A stretch of DNA of 64,000 bases from Sphyrna mokarran (taxonomy: Eukaryota), in the NCBI GenBank assembly GCA_024679065.1, contig JAGIQG010000004.1:95294001-95358000 (forward strand). Reading direction: 5' to 3'. The position numbers and the translations under genes are program-made. Below, one piece after another: positions 39,960 through 50,902 of this stretch; positions within the stretch are counted from its first letter, which is position 1; each line of letters opens with the position of its first letter. The notes beneath the pieces were generated by a model. That model made no database searches and was not told the origin of the DNA. It saw only the letters and a list, made by a program, of their open reading frames with translations.

Positions 39960-41920
39960 AAAGGCAAAGTCCCAGAGGACCGGAAGAAGGTTCAAAGACT
40001 TCTCAGTGGAAAGAGGGAAGACAAATATTGGGACATTTTAATTACTGTACGAATTTTGTAGAATATTATGCCGTACTTGCAAATCTTGACAGGAACTGAT
40101 TAAGGGAGGAAAAGCTAGCAATGAGAAAATAGTATGGGGCAAACACAGAGGAACAGGCTTTTCCAATTTAAAACAGGCCATAGTAAAGGTCCCTGACTTG
40201 GGATTGACAGATGTCAAGAAAATAATGCACTGCAAACTGTGGTAGTAACCCAAAAATATGCAGACAGATTAAGACCAGTGGGGTATTACATCTCTTTTGC
40301 CAGGAGAGAAATACATAGAGATCAGCAGAAATGTAACAGAAAATTCTGCAGTGCAAGAAACAAAGCACGAATGTGTAGTGGAAGTGACAAGGTCAAATGA
40401 TGGGCTAACAGAGAAACCACTCACAGGGAAAGGAGTGATTAATCTGTCTGTGGATAGAGCCAGAAGATATGTTAATTACGAATCCCGCTCAGCATGGGAG
40501 GTGGTGAATAGTGAAGGAACAGTGATTGCAGGAGAACAACTCCCAGCAAGTAATTCAGTATAAGTGACAGAGTTGCTAGCTTTAACCAATACTTACCTGG
40601 CAGGAGTGAAACCTTGATCAAACAAGTGGTTCGCCAAGGATGAGACTAGCCCTTTGCACTTCGGGTATGCTGATGCTTGTGAAGTCCCCAAATGCGGGAT
40701 GCTCAGGAATTTATTTCAAGAACTCCATAGTCCCTTAGAAGCAGCAATAAGAGAGGCACACACGAAAATTATAACGCAAGCCTAGTGGGGAAATGATTAG
40801 GCAGATGAAACTGTGAGAGAGCTGTTAGAACAGAACACTGAAGGAATTCAAACAACAAGTGTGGCAGCAGCGCAAGTCACAGAATTCACAGACATAGATG
40901 TGAAACAAAGACAGGAACAGGCATCAGAGAAAGAGAGACAGGAATCGGAGAAATGTGAAAGATGGAGAATAATAGCCCCAAAAGTAATACAATAGACCTT
41001 ATTGGAGGCATATCATGGATTAGTACACAGGAGTAGAGACCGCATGTACAATTTGATAAGGGGATGTTGGTGGTGGAAGAATATAGGAAGAGATGTGGCA
41101 AGTTATTGTCAAAGGTGCCTAGTGGAATCAGATCATCCCTGCGGGGTTAAGATGGGAAATCAGCCAGGAACTAAAGGACTGTGGAAGAATTTACAGATGG
41201 ATTTTCAGGGCCCTTTCCCAGAATGTAAGGAAAGACCTATTGCCTGATAATCATTGATTATCCAGTGGATAACCATTATTACCCAGTGGATAGAAGCATT
41301 CCCATGTAGAGATGTTATAGCCAAAACAGTGGCTTTGATATTAGCAAATGTGATAATACCTAGGTGGAAAATGCCTCTTCAGTTAGATTCAGATCAAGAA
41401 GCATACGGAGAAAGTTTTAAGAGAGATCTGTAAAATGTTGGGAGTAAAGCAAAGATTTCACATATCATACACCACAGGAATGGTAGAGCAGATAAACAGG
41501 ACACTGAAAAACAGTCTAGCTAAGGCCATTTAGAAGAAGGAACAATTGGGTGCGGGCTCTGCCTGTAATATCGTTATGACAGGAAACTTCTCAATCTAAC
41601 TGGTGGAGGAGAACTTGAAATCAGCCAAGGAGTAGTGTTTCAGTGCATGAGAGACTCAAATAATTGTTTATATTCTCTTAAAAGACAGATGGTTATCCAG
41701 AAGCAGCAAAGAGACAGGACAAAACTAGCAGAGGAGAACATTCCTAAGTTACCTATACCGGGGATAAGCTAATGGTGAAACTCATGACAGACAGAAAAAG
41801 GCTGGGGGGTCAAGTGGGAAGGCCCTTATGATGTGATCATTGCAGGACAAACATGTGCACTCATTGATGAGAAATTTGGGCCATGGTGGCGACACCAAAA
41901 TCAGTCAAAGCCATATGAAA
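39960..41920 (+). pseudogene. pol: ERV pol remnant (RT thumb/connection, RNase H, integrase)
   Basis: ILGHFNYC, AFSNLKQAIVKVPDLGL, VDRARR..ELLALT, HHCC HGLVH..WWW..YCQRC, LQMDF.GP, WIEAFP, IIPRW.MP.QLDSDQ, GMVEQINRTLK, WEGPY. Confidence 0.9.
40589..40704 (+). pseudogene. RNU1: U1 snRNA-derived sequence (nt 1 to ~116, lacking Sm site and stem-loop IV)
   Basis: ATACTTACCTGGCAGG...TGATCA...GTGGTT...TTGCACTTCGG..TGCTGA...CCCCAAATGCGGGA..CTC is collinear with vertebrate U1 from its first base. Confidence 0.93.
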
Positions 41921-42329
41921 TGGTAAGTATCAGTAGATTACCCCAATAGATTCATAATCATACTGAACAGGGGGTAATAATGGCTCTTGTAGTAGCTTAA
42001 GAACTTCGCTGGAGTAATTTGAAATTGTAGATTAGCAACAAGGTTAAGTCAGATAATGGTGCAAAATAATCAGGTGGATATCAAGGGGAAGAGCTAGAAA
42101 TGATTGAATTGATAAGGAACTAACTTAATGTCACAAGGCATCCTACTTAAATTTTATAGAATTGTGAGGATTCTTGAAAATCAAGACAACTAAAGTTCAA
42201 AACTGTTCCCCAGTTGCAGAACGATGGGACTACACTGAACGCAATGATGAAAAGACCACATCAAGTATACTATCATTGTAACACAAGATAATTGCATTTT
42301 GCTTGTTTAACATTGATCAATGGTCATGA

Positions 42330-43400
42330 CTTATAAGAAGGGAGAATTATGGCAATTGTTATAATGAATGTATGTGTTTCCATTCTTCTAGTACAGAAAA
42401 TGTAGATAAATGCTCAAATGGGACCAGCATCTAAGACCATTCAACATTTTCCTCAGAAAACGTAGGTTTATACTGAAATTCGGCACACACATAAGGACAT
42501 TACATACTAGGATTTTCAAATTGGGAAAAAAGGGGGAGGTCATGACAGTGAGGACTTTGCAGGAAGGTTAACTATATGAAGGAATACACACTTGTTTATG
42601 ATTAATAAGATCAGCTCCTAGTTTAGTTTTAGAGGAACCAGCATCGAAACTGAGAAAAATCTACTGCACAGAGAATTTAGAACGTTCAGGGGAAAGTTTA
42701 GGTGTAAGCGAATGTGACTATACAGTTCTGCCTGAGTCCATCCAGTAATGACCAGCCATGTAATACATTGTAATGCTTTAGTGAAGCTAACACATATCCA
42801 GCTTTTAATAGTACATTGGATTTGTGGCAATAGAGCGTATGCTTGGCTTCCTGTTGAATGCAAGGTACCTTGTTACCTTGGAGAAACTTCTGTACATAAA
42901 TAAATCCCTCACCTACCAAGATGTTGGCGAGCTATAACATAGACAGAATGATTTTTTGGCATAATGTTTTCCCAGTATGGAGTGGTTAGAACAATGCAAA
43001 AGATTATAATTGTGTGCTCAATTTGAAACAAATTGCCAATGATACAGCAACTGCTCTCACAAAGATCAATGGTGAGATAGTTGCCATGCATACAGAGAGC
43101 ATAGGATTACATTTTGGCAGCAAGGGGAGGGACAGGTGCAATAATTGGATCGGAATGTTGCACTTACATACCAGACAGTTCAGTAAACATCACTAATTTG
43201 GTTGTACACATGAAGAAGTTGGAGAAACTCAACAGCCGTGAACATTTACTTTAGGTGGTTCACATTCAGGCTGGAAAGGCTCTTTGGGAATATTGATCCT
43301 GTAAGGAATTATATTACTTTTTATTGTGATCCCTAGTGTTTGTAGTAACTGTATAACTGATCAAATGTGGGCATGCACAACTTTCTAAGTCCATGAAAAG
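42330..43400 (+). pseudogene. env: ERV env remnant, gamma-type TM
   Basis: WICGNRAYAWLP, decayed furin site RCWR|AIT (~42920), heptad LKQIANDTATALTKINGEI, ISD plus CX6CC relic DYILAARGGTGAIIGSECCTYIPD (43105-43175), hydrophobic TM ~43290-43360. Confidence 0.88.
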
Positions 43401-43572
43401 TACAGTGATGTACTTCAGTGATAGCAGTCAAGGTAAGAAAATGAGACCGCAGAAACCAACTCATCCTTTAAGAACTACTGGACATTAGTCCAATATTAAG
43501 GACTAATAACTTAGTTAGTAAGAAATATCTATTTAGTGGCCTTAGTTGGTCTTGGCAAATTGGAGGGGGGAT

Positions 43573-44385
43573 TGATAAACGGGATTAAATTCGGCGAAGA
43601 GAAAGTACATCATCATGACTTGAAAATATTAACACAATACTGACTTAAGAATGAATGATTTTATACTATAGGAAGCGCTCAAAAGAGCTGTCATTATAGA
43701 ATAGCAAGTATTTCTCATTTAAAATTTGTATTTTGAGTTTATAAAATGGGTGCAGTTTGCTTTCAGCCAACAGCAAGATAAGTAGGGTTTGATAGGATAA
43801 GGTTGCACTCTGGACCTGCATTCCAAGAGACAGTAGTTCTACTGAATATGGTCATTTTATCAGCAATTATTGGACTATCAATTCAGTTTGATGAATAGAA
43901 CTATATAGCTCAAAGCTGAAAACATAGGTGCAAGGCTGACAGAAGAAATTTCTCAGTGTTGGACAAGTGTCACTCGAGTTTGAGTCTGTGGGAATCATTC
44001 TCCCTTTTCACCATTCAGCATCCTGCATTGCTGGACAACCAATAGAAGATAACATTCAAAATTAAGGACCAATAAGATCCCATGAGATCAGGATCTAAAT
44101 TGTTATTAGCTGATTTGTATTAATGTTTATTGGATAATGCCGATGGGAAAGGTGAGAAACATGATTTTGAAAATATATAATTGTCCTCATGCAGTGATTG
44201 TTTTTCAGAGTGATATTGGGCTGTCTGCATTCTCTACCTAGAGTCCTGGGCCGCTTTACATTATTCTCCCATTCAACTGTTTGGGTCATAAAGTTACATC
44301 TTAAAATCAGTACACTGAGTTTCATGAGTCTCTCTATTTAGCTTAAATTTAGTAATATATAACCTCAAAGAGAATCCCATCAACA
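43573..44385 (+). repeat. ERV 3' LTR
   Basis: Follows the PPT; direct repeat of the 5' LTR. Confidence 0.9.
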
Positions 44386-45876
44386 AGGGTTATGCTCAAG
44401 AGAGAGAATTATAATTCCAAGCCCACAAAGTAACATACTTAGGATTCAAGGTTGACACTGAAAAGCTGCATCCAATAAGGAGAAGTTAAGGTGATCTAGG
44501 CGATACCAGCATCCAGAAATCATTCTTAGCGATGGTGAATTACTATGAATGATTTATCCCCAATCCCCTGTCCACATTGCTGGCATCTTTACATGTAGGA
44601 AGTAGCAAAAGCAGCATTGGAATGAGCATAAAAAGGAAGCATTTGAACAGGTTAAAATTACATTTCAGCCTTCAAGCCTCTTGGTCCATTTTGATCCCAC
44701 AAAAGAAATAGTGCTTACCTGTGACTACTTGTCCTATGGAATCAGAGCATTATTGTCCCACAAATGTAAGGTTGGATTAGGGAGACATATCACTTTTGCC
44801 TCAGACACTGAGAGGACCTATTCTCAGATTGAAAAGGAAGGCTCGGCTATGATTTATGGGATAACAAAATTTCATCAGTACATTTACGATAATTACTCAT
44901 CAGAAGCCCTTTTAGGTTTGTTCAGAGAGATCAAAGCCATTCCCCCCATTGCTTCAGTGAAGGTTCAACATTGGATTCTACTGTTAGCAGCATGCAACTA
45001 ACACATTCCAACATAAACTTCCCTACTGCCTCCTTCCTTTGCCACAAAGTATTCCAATGCTCCCAGTACCCCCAGAAATTATAATTATTTTTAACTTTCT
45101 GGACAAATTACCTGTCTTGTCCTGATAAATCAAGTTATAGACCCAAAGGGACCCCATTTTACCTGAAGTCAGACAAATTGTCCTTCACTATTGGCATCAC
45201 AACAATTCTGTACAATTTTGACATTTTCAAATCTGAAAGGATGAGTTGAGTTGTGAGAATGGAGTGCTGTAGTGGGGAGCCAGGTGGTAATTCTTGTTCC
45301 TGCTTGGATAATGGTATCACAAGAATTGCATTGTGTATATCCCGGCATAATGAAAATGAAAAAGTTATGCATTGTGGCCCAGGTGATAAGAACATTTAAG
45401 AACTTGTTAGATGGTGTGATTCCATGTTGATTTTGCAGGTCCCTGCATGTTTCTTCTCATTATTGATACTTACACTAAATGATTACACATTCATGAGATG
45501 AAGATCTCCTTAACCACAACTGATAAACTAGGGCACACATTTACCACACATGAGTTGCCTGAAGTGCTGGTCTCTGACAATAGGACTTCATTCACAAGCA
45601 ACAAATTATGCAAACTAATGGGATATATTATTTTGGAACAGTCCTCTATCACCCGACATCAAATGAGTTAGCTGAAAAGCTGATCCAGATATTTAAACCA
45701 AAATAAAAGGCTCTGCGCCTTTACAACTTCAACTGACCTGCTACTAATGAATAGAAGAACTCCTCATGCCACAATAGGAATTGCTCGTGAGAAAACATCT
45801 TTGGACAAGACTTGATTTAATATTTGTAAAATTAACAAGGTTGGAAGCAAAACAGAATGCATAGATACCTACAGAT

Positions 45877-46181
45877 GGTGGCACGATGGCATAGTGGTTA
45901 GCACTGCTGCCTCACAGCACTAGAGATCCTGGGGCAACTGTGCAGAGTTTGCACATTCTCCCCATGTGGCGTGGGTTTCCTTGAGATGCTCTGGTTTCCT
46001 CCCACAGTTTAAACATGTGCCATGTTACATTGTCCCTTATGGGTGATGTAATCACCTTGTCACAGGGATTAGCAGGGTAAATACCTGGGGTTATGGGGAT
46101 AGGGCATGGGTCGGATTGTTATTGGTGCAGTCTCTATGGACCAAAAGACCTCCATATGCACAACAGACATTTTATGATTCT
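45877..46181 (+). mobile_element. HE1 V-SINE inserted in the Gypsy integrase region
   Basis: ggcacgatggcatagtggttagcactgctgcctcacagc head and gagtttgcacattctcccc core. Confidence 0.88.
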
Positions 46182-46405
46182 GTATCATGACTCCACTAAG
46201 ATTGAGAGGACTTTTTAGGTAAACAATTTAGTTTACGTAAGAAATTTCAATGCTGATCCAAATTGGAAGCCTGGATGATCGTGGCAAAGACAGGTCCAGT
46301 GTCATATCTAGTTGATGGAAAAGCATGTGGACCACCCAATCAGAAGAGTCCACACACTGTACTAAGTGAGCAGACTGACCCCCTGCTACACCTGTTAGAG
46401 AAGCT

Positions 46406-48357
46406 CTTGGGAATTCCCCCTTCCTGAGTACAGATGATACAACTCTCATTACAGAGAAGGCTCAGATCCTGCAGAGATGGGCTGAACACTCAAAAGCCAT
46501 TCTCAACCAACCATCATCGATTAACCATGAGGGAATAGACAGGATTTCCCAGGTTGATATTACAGCGCCATGGATGACCCACTGGTAGTAGTCGAAGTTA
46601 CGAAAGGTGTCAGGCAGCTATCCAGTGGCAAAGTCCCAGGAGCAGATGCATACCTGCAGACATCTATAAAGCTGCTGGTCCTGCACTTATTGAGAAGCTC
46701 ACCAAGTTGTTCCAGTCCTTTTGAAAGCAAGGATCCATTCCTCAGGAACTTAAAGATACTTCCATCGTACACCTCTACATGAGGAAGAGCAATCGACAAG
46801 TATGCAACAACCACTGAGGAATCTCACTGCTCTCCATCACAGGAAAAACCCTCACAAGAGCCCTGCTACATCGTCTGCTCACTCATCTGGAGCTGGGCCT
46901 GCTTCCAGAGTCACAGTGTGGCTTCCGCAAAAGTCGTGGGACTACTGAAATGATTCTTCTGCGCGCCAACTTCAGGAGAAGTGTCAGGAACAGAATCGCA
47001 AGCTCTACCTCTACGAGGTCTTTGTTGACCTCGTGAAAGCCTGTGATACTGTAAACCGACAAGGATCATATCAAAGTTTGGCTGCCCCCCCAAATTCATT
47101 CAAATAGTACGCCAGTTCCATGATGGCATGATGGCCAGAGTATTGGATGGTGGAGAATCCTCTGAGGCATTCCCAGTTATCAGTGGTGTCAAACAGGGCT
47201 GTGTGCTAGCACCCATACTGTTCAGCATGATATTTACTGCCATGCTGAATGATGCCTTCCAGGACAGTGTTGCTGGAATCAACCTCAAGTACAGAGTGGA
47301 TGGGAAGCTTTTCAACCTGAGAAGATTTTAAGCTATCACCAAAGTGAGGGAGACTGTTCTGAGAGATTTCCTCTTTGCCAGTGACTGTGCCCTGTATGCT
47401 GGCTCAGAGACAGAGATGCAAGTCAGTATGGACAAATTTTCCACTGCTGTGACAACTTTGGACTCATCATCAACATTAAAAAGACTGAAGACATGCACCA
47501 GTCTGCTCCTCATGCACTGTACACAGAACCCATAATCACAGAAACTATAGGCAGTGGACCAGTTTACTTATCTTGGCCATGCCCTCTCCCAAGCAGTGAC
47601 TATTGATGCAGAAGTTAACTGCAGAATAGCAAAGGCAAGTTCTGCTTTTGGTAGACTGTGCTACACTGTATGGGAATGTCAAGGAATCAGCCGAGCAACA
47701 AAACTGAAGGTCTACAACGCCGTGGTATTCACTACCCTCCTGTATGCCTGTGAAATGTGGACTGTGTATTCGAAGGCATGCAAGACAGCTCAATCATTTC
47801 CACATGACTTGTCTTCACAGGATATTATGCATCCAATGGCAAGACAAAGTACCAGACACTGAAGTTCTCTCTAGAGCAAGTCTATCATCAGTCCACACAC
47901 TACTGATGAAAGCACAGACCCGGTGGGCAGGTCATGTCATCTGTATGTCAGATGAGTACGTACCCAAGCTGCTCCTTTTTGGGGAATTCTCTGCTGGAAA
48001 ACGCTCGCACGGAGGGCAGAAGAAACATTTCAAAGACACACTCAAAGACTCCCTGAAGTTGCCTGACATTGACACGACCACCTGGGAAATACTGGCACAA
48101 AACCACCCTACCTGGCGCTACCTCATCCACAAAGGCTGTCAAGCTCATGAAGCAAGAGGTGTGTTGCTGAAGCACAACTTAAGCACAAGCTGAGCAAGTC
48201 CAGAGCAACAATTACAATGTCTACAAAAGTCTGTCCAATATGTGCAGGTCATTCTGTGCCCGAATTGGCCTGATCAGTCATCTTCGGACGCACCGCAACC
48301 AGCTTCAAAGTGACTAATAGTGTTGAGGTCCTCATCGATGATGATGGATGAACAACA
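46406..48357 (+). mobile_element. RTE-clade (BovB-like) LINE, 5'-truncated, with 10-bp TSD
   Basis: GVKQGCVLAPILF, FLFASDC, FTYLG, FHMTCLHRILCIQWQDKV, RWAGHV; TSD tagagaagct (46396) / tagtgaagct (48358). Confidence 0.93.
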
Positions 48358-50063
48358 TAGTGAAGCTGCAGTGATTGCCAGAAGAATTGAATCAAACAAT
48401 TCTGAGGAGGCGTCGAGTAACATTCTGATGAGAATGGAGAGATTGTTTATAATAAAGGAGCTTCGCAAACTGAAAGCCTTCTTGCTGTTGTTCAAGATGA
48501 AACTACTTCAACTTGTGAGGCCTCTGCTAAGGAATTTCAATGCTCTCAAAGAATTAGAAAGTTTCTAGATAGACTTTGTAAGAGACTATGTTAAGTTTCC
48601 CTCTTTTGCTGTAACAATTTGTAAATAATTTTGTTGATATCGCAAATTAATTAAGGACTTATAAGGGGAGTGATGAGGTAGTATGCCCCTTCAGAGAGTG
48701 AGTTATTGTGGGGTCACATGACCACATTGGTCCAATCATGGTGAGGCATTTAAGTTCAGTCTGGAAGTGCAGGTTTTTTGGCAGTAGGAGTCCTGAAGTC
48801 ATTGGGCCTGACTCTCCTATTTTGGGACTAAGTGCCACGCTGGGAGGAAAAAGGGAGTGTTTTGTGCTGGCATTGACAACAACTTTCAGATGGGATTCAC
48901 CCACCTGAAAGATACTAATTAATTCATTTTGAGCAAACTGCTGGCCAGCCCAATGTGTCAAAATCTTTCTAAGGGCCCTTTTAAAAAGCAGCTCAGAGAA
49001 AGGATCCTCTCCCCCAAAAAATAAAACGGTCCCCACCTCATTGAAAAGCCTATGATTTTTTTTTCAAAATAATTGGGGTTTACAAAAGAGAAAGTGAAAC
49101 CACAGGCTGTCAATCAGACTTAGACTCTGTCAACATTGTGGTCATGATGGATGGGTCACTTGAAGTGGCTACAATGATGACATGAATAAAAATAAACACA
49201 GGTGGCTCAAGGATGATAGAAATCCAATGAGCTGGCAGTTAAATCTTTTAGGGGGTACTGTACATTGAACTTGTGTGCAATGAAGAGGCTTTCAACAACT
49301 TCAGCTTGCTAGGAAGCCTTAGCAACTTCAAATCAAAGCTGTGTGGATACACTGGGGTTGGTACACAAGTGTGCAGAATAAAACCAACCCTTCCATCTCT
49401 AGTTAGGTGAAATTGACACCTCCTCTTTGTCAAAGGACTTCAAAGGGGTCTGCTCCTTGTTCTGACAGGGAGAAAACAAAATCTCTTCTGCAGAATGGAA
49501 TGCTTCAAAGATCTGAAATCCTGCCAGGTGACTGGTGGCATGGAGATTAAAATGACCCAGCCACTTCAGAATTTTTACAGCTGACAGACAGGAAAGTAGA
49601 TATTAGTCTTAGGATCATGCCGGAGTGATCTGCCAGGGCTAGAAGGGGCAATCCAGCCTTGACATCCACATCTCAGCGGGGTTGGTGAGGTTAACCCGTT
49701 GTTCCCAGCCCATCCAACCTTCAAGACATTTGAGGGACCTGTACTCTACAATCTGGCAGAGAAAATAGCCATTGGACCTACCTCTCAAGCCCTCAAGGGG
49801 ATCAAGGCACCAGGCCATGGTATCAGTGCCAGGGTGCACTGTTGACACTGCCAAGGTGCTTGGCCTGAAGGTGGGGCTATTTGGAGTCTGAGGGAAAGGG
49901 GGCTGATTAGGCGTTCTAAAGGGGATTGAGGGCTGAGAGGTGGTTAGTCAGGTCATCTTCTTGCCTGTGTGGTATTGGGGAAAAGATGCCCTTCTTTTAT
50001 GAGGCATATTAGGTGCTCCTATGAGCTGATGGAATCTAGCACATCAGTCCCTACTTGTGGGTA

Positions 50064-50902
50064 TGTGATAATACTTTGCCTTTAAGAAATGTATTTAAGT
50101 CATGTTTCTCTGCTCAGTGTGTTCACTAGTCTCTTCCATTTTATTGAAGCCATTTTGTCTGGATCCAATAGTGCTGTATTGTTACTGCAGCAACATAATT
50201 GATCTTAATTAATGCACTGTTTGTCATGATCTGAATTAATGCATGGAACTGTTGTTTTGTGTTTTCCCATAGATATTGCAGAGTGGGGCTTGATTAAGTT
50301 GATTTATAACTTAATCCTACTAAGTCATATGATATGATAGGATTAAGCTTTCACAGAGAACTCAAGGTAATGCGCTTTTGGGATCTTTGGAGAGAGGTCA
50401 CTTTCTCTGCACCTCTAGCTCTGTCTGAGGTCTGGAGACTGGAATCTGCTAGGAAATAAATCTCTTTCTCTTAGGTTCTGTTGTCTGGGAGTGGAACCCC
50501 CTCTGGAAGTTGCTGTCTGGATCACTTTCCAGAAGTATTAAAAGGCTGGAAATCTAGTATACATGTAAGCACCTTCGGTTTCTGTGCTAACTCATTCCAA
50601 AGAATAGATTCATGCCTGTGGGAGATGCTGCTAAATTGGAACAATAGAGATAGCTAGCTGTTAAGAATTATGTTTGTCACGTGTAAGTATTTAATTGGTA
50701 AAAATAATGAATTTTTTAATGTTCTAACTGTTCTTACATAAAATGTGTTTTGGTAGAAGCTTCTTAGTGGTCATTTGAATCATACCTGGAGTGAAACACC
50801 TTATATTCACCCTAATGTCCAAATCCAATGCAAAAGTGAGGGTCTAGTTAGACTTCATAAGCTTCATAAAATGTCTTGGAGTTTCTGACCTGATCCTTAA
50901 CA
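50064..50902 (+). mobile_element. Probable solo LTR
   Basis: tgtgata...ttaaca termini, flanks ggta/gata; interrupts a GC-rich non-autonomous element (~49600-51110). Confidence 0.5.

Larger units (their letters stand above)
37389..44385 (+). mobile_element. Endogenous retrovirus, class I (gamma/epsilon-like), two LTRs, decayed gag-pol-env
   Basis: Direct repeats 37389-38225 and 43573-44385, both starting tgat and ending atcccatcaaca. PBS-like tggcactgcg at 38229; PPT ggagggggga at 43562. Flanks gggg/aggg restore the Gypsy RT frame. Retroviral RNase H, integrase and env motifs are present. Confidence 0.93.
36030..48881 (+). mobile_element. Decayed Gypsy LTR retrotransposon, interrupted by ERV, SINE and RTE
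   Basis: Gag remnant (KKLLAE), protease EVDIGAT (~36550), RT FVTINTHKGLY/LPFGVS/YLEDVL (37190-37320), RNase H VHFDPTKEIVLTCD..YSQIEKEG (44681-45001), integrase VDFAGP/VLVSDN, purine tract aaggggagtga, then putative 3' LTR ~48674-48881. No 5' LTR found. Confidence 0.88.

Noticed and set aside
40589-40704. Functional U1 snRNA gene
   Set aside because: No Sm site, stem-loop IV or 3' box; flanks are retroviral pol; many substitutions.
42330-43400. Domesticated syncytin-like env
   Set aside because: Multiple stops and frameshifts, with mutated furin and CX6CC motifs.
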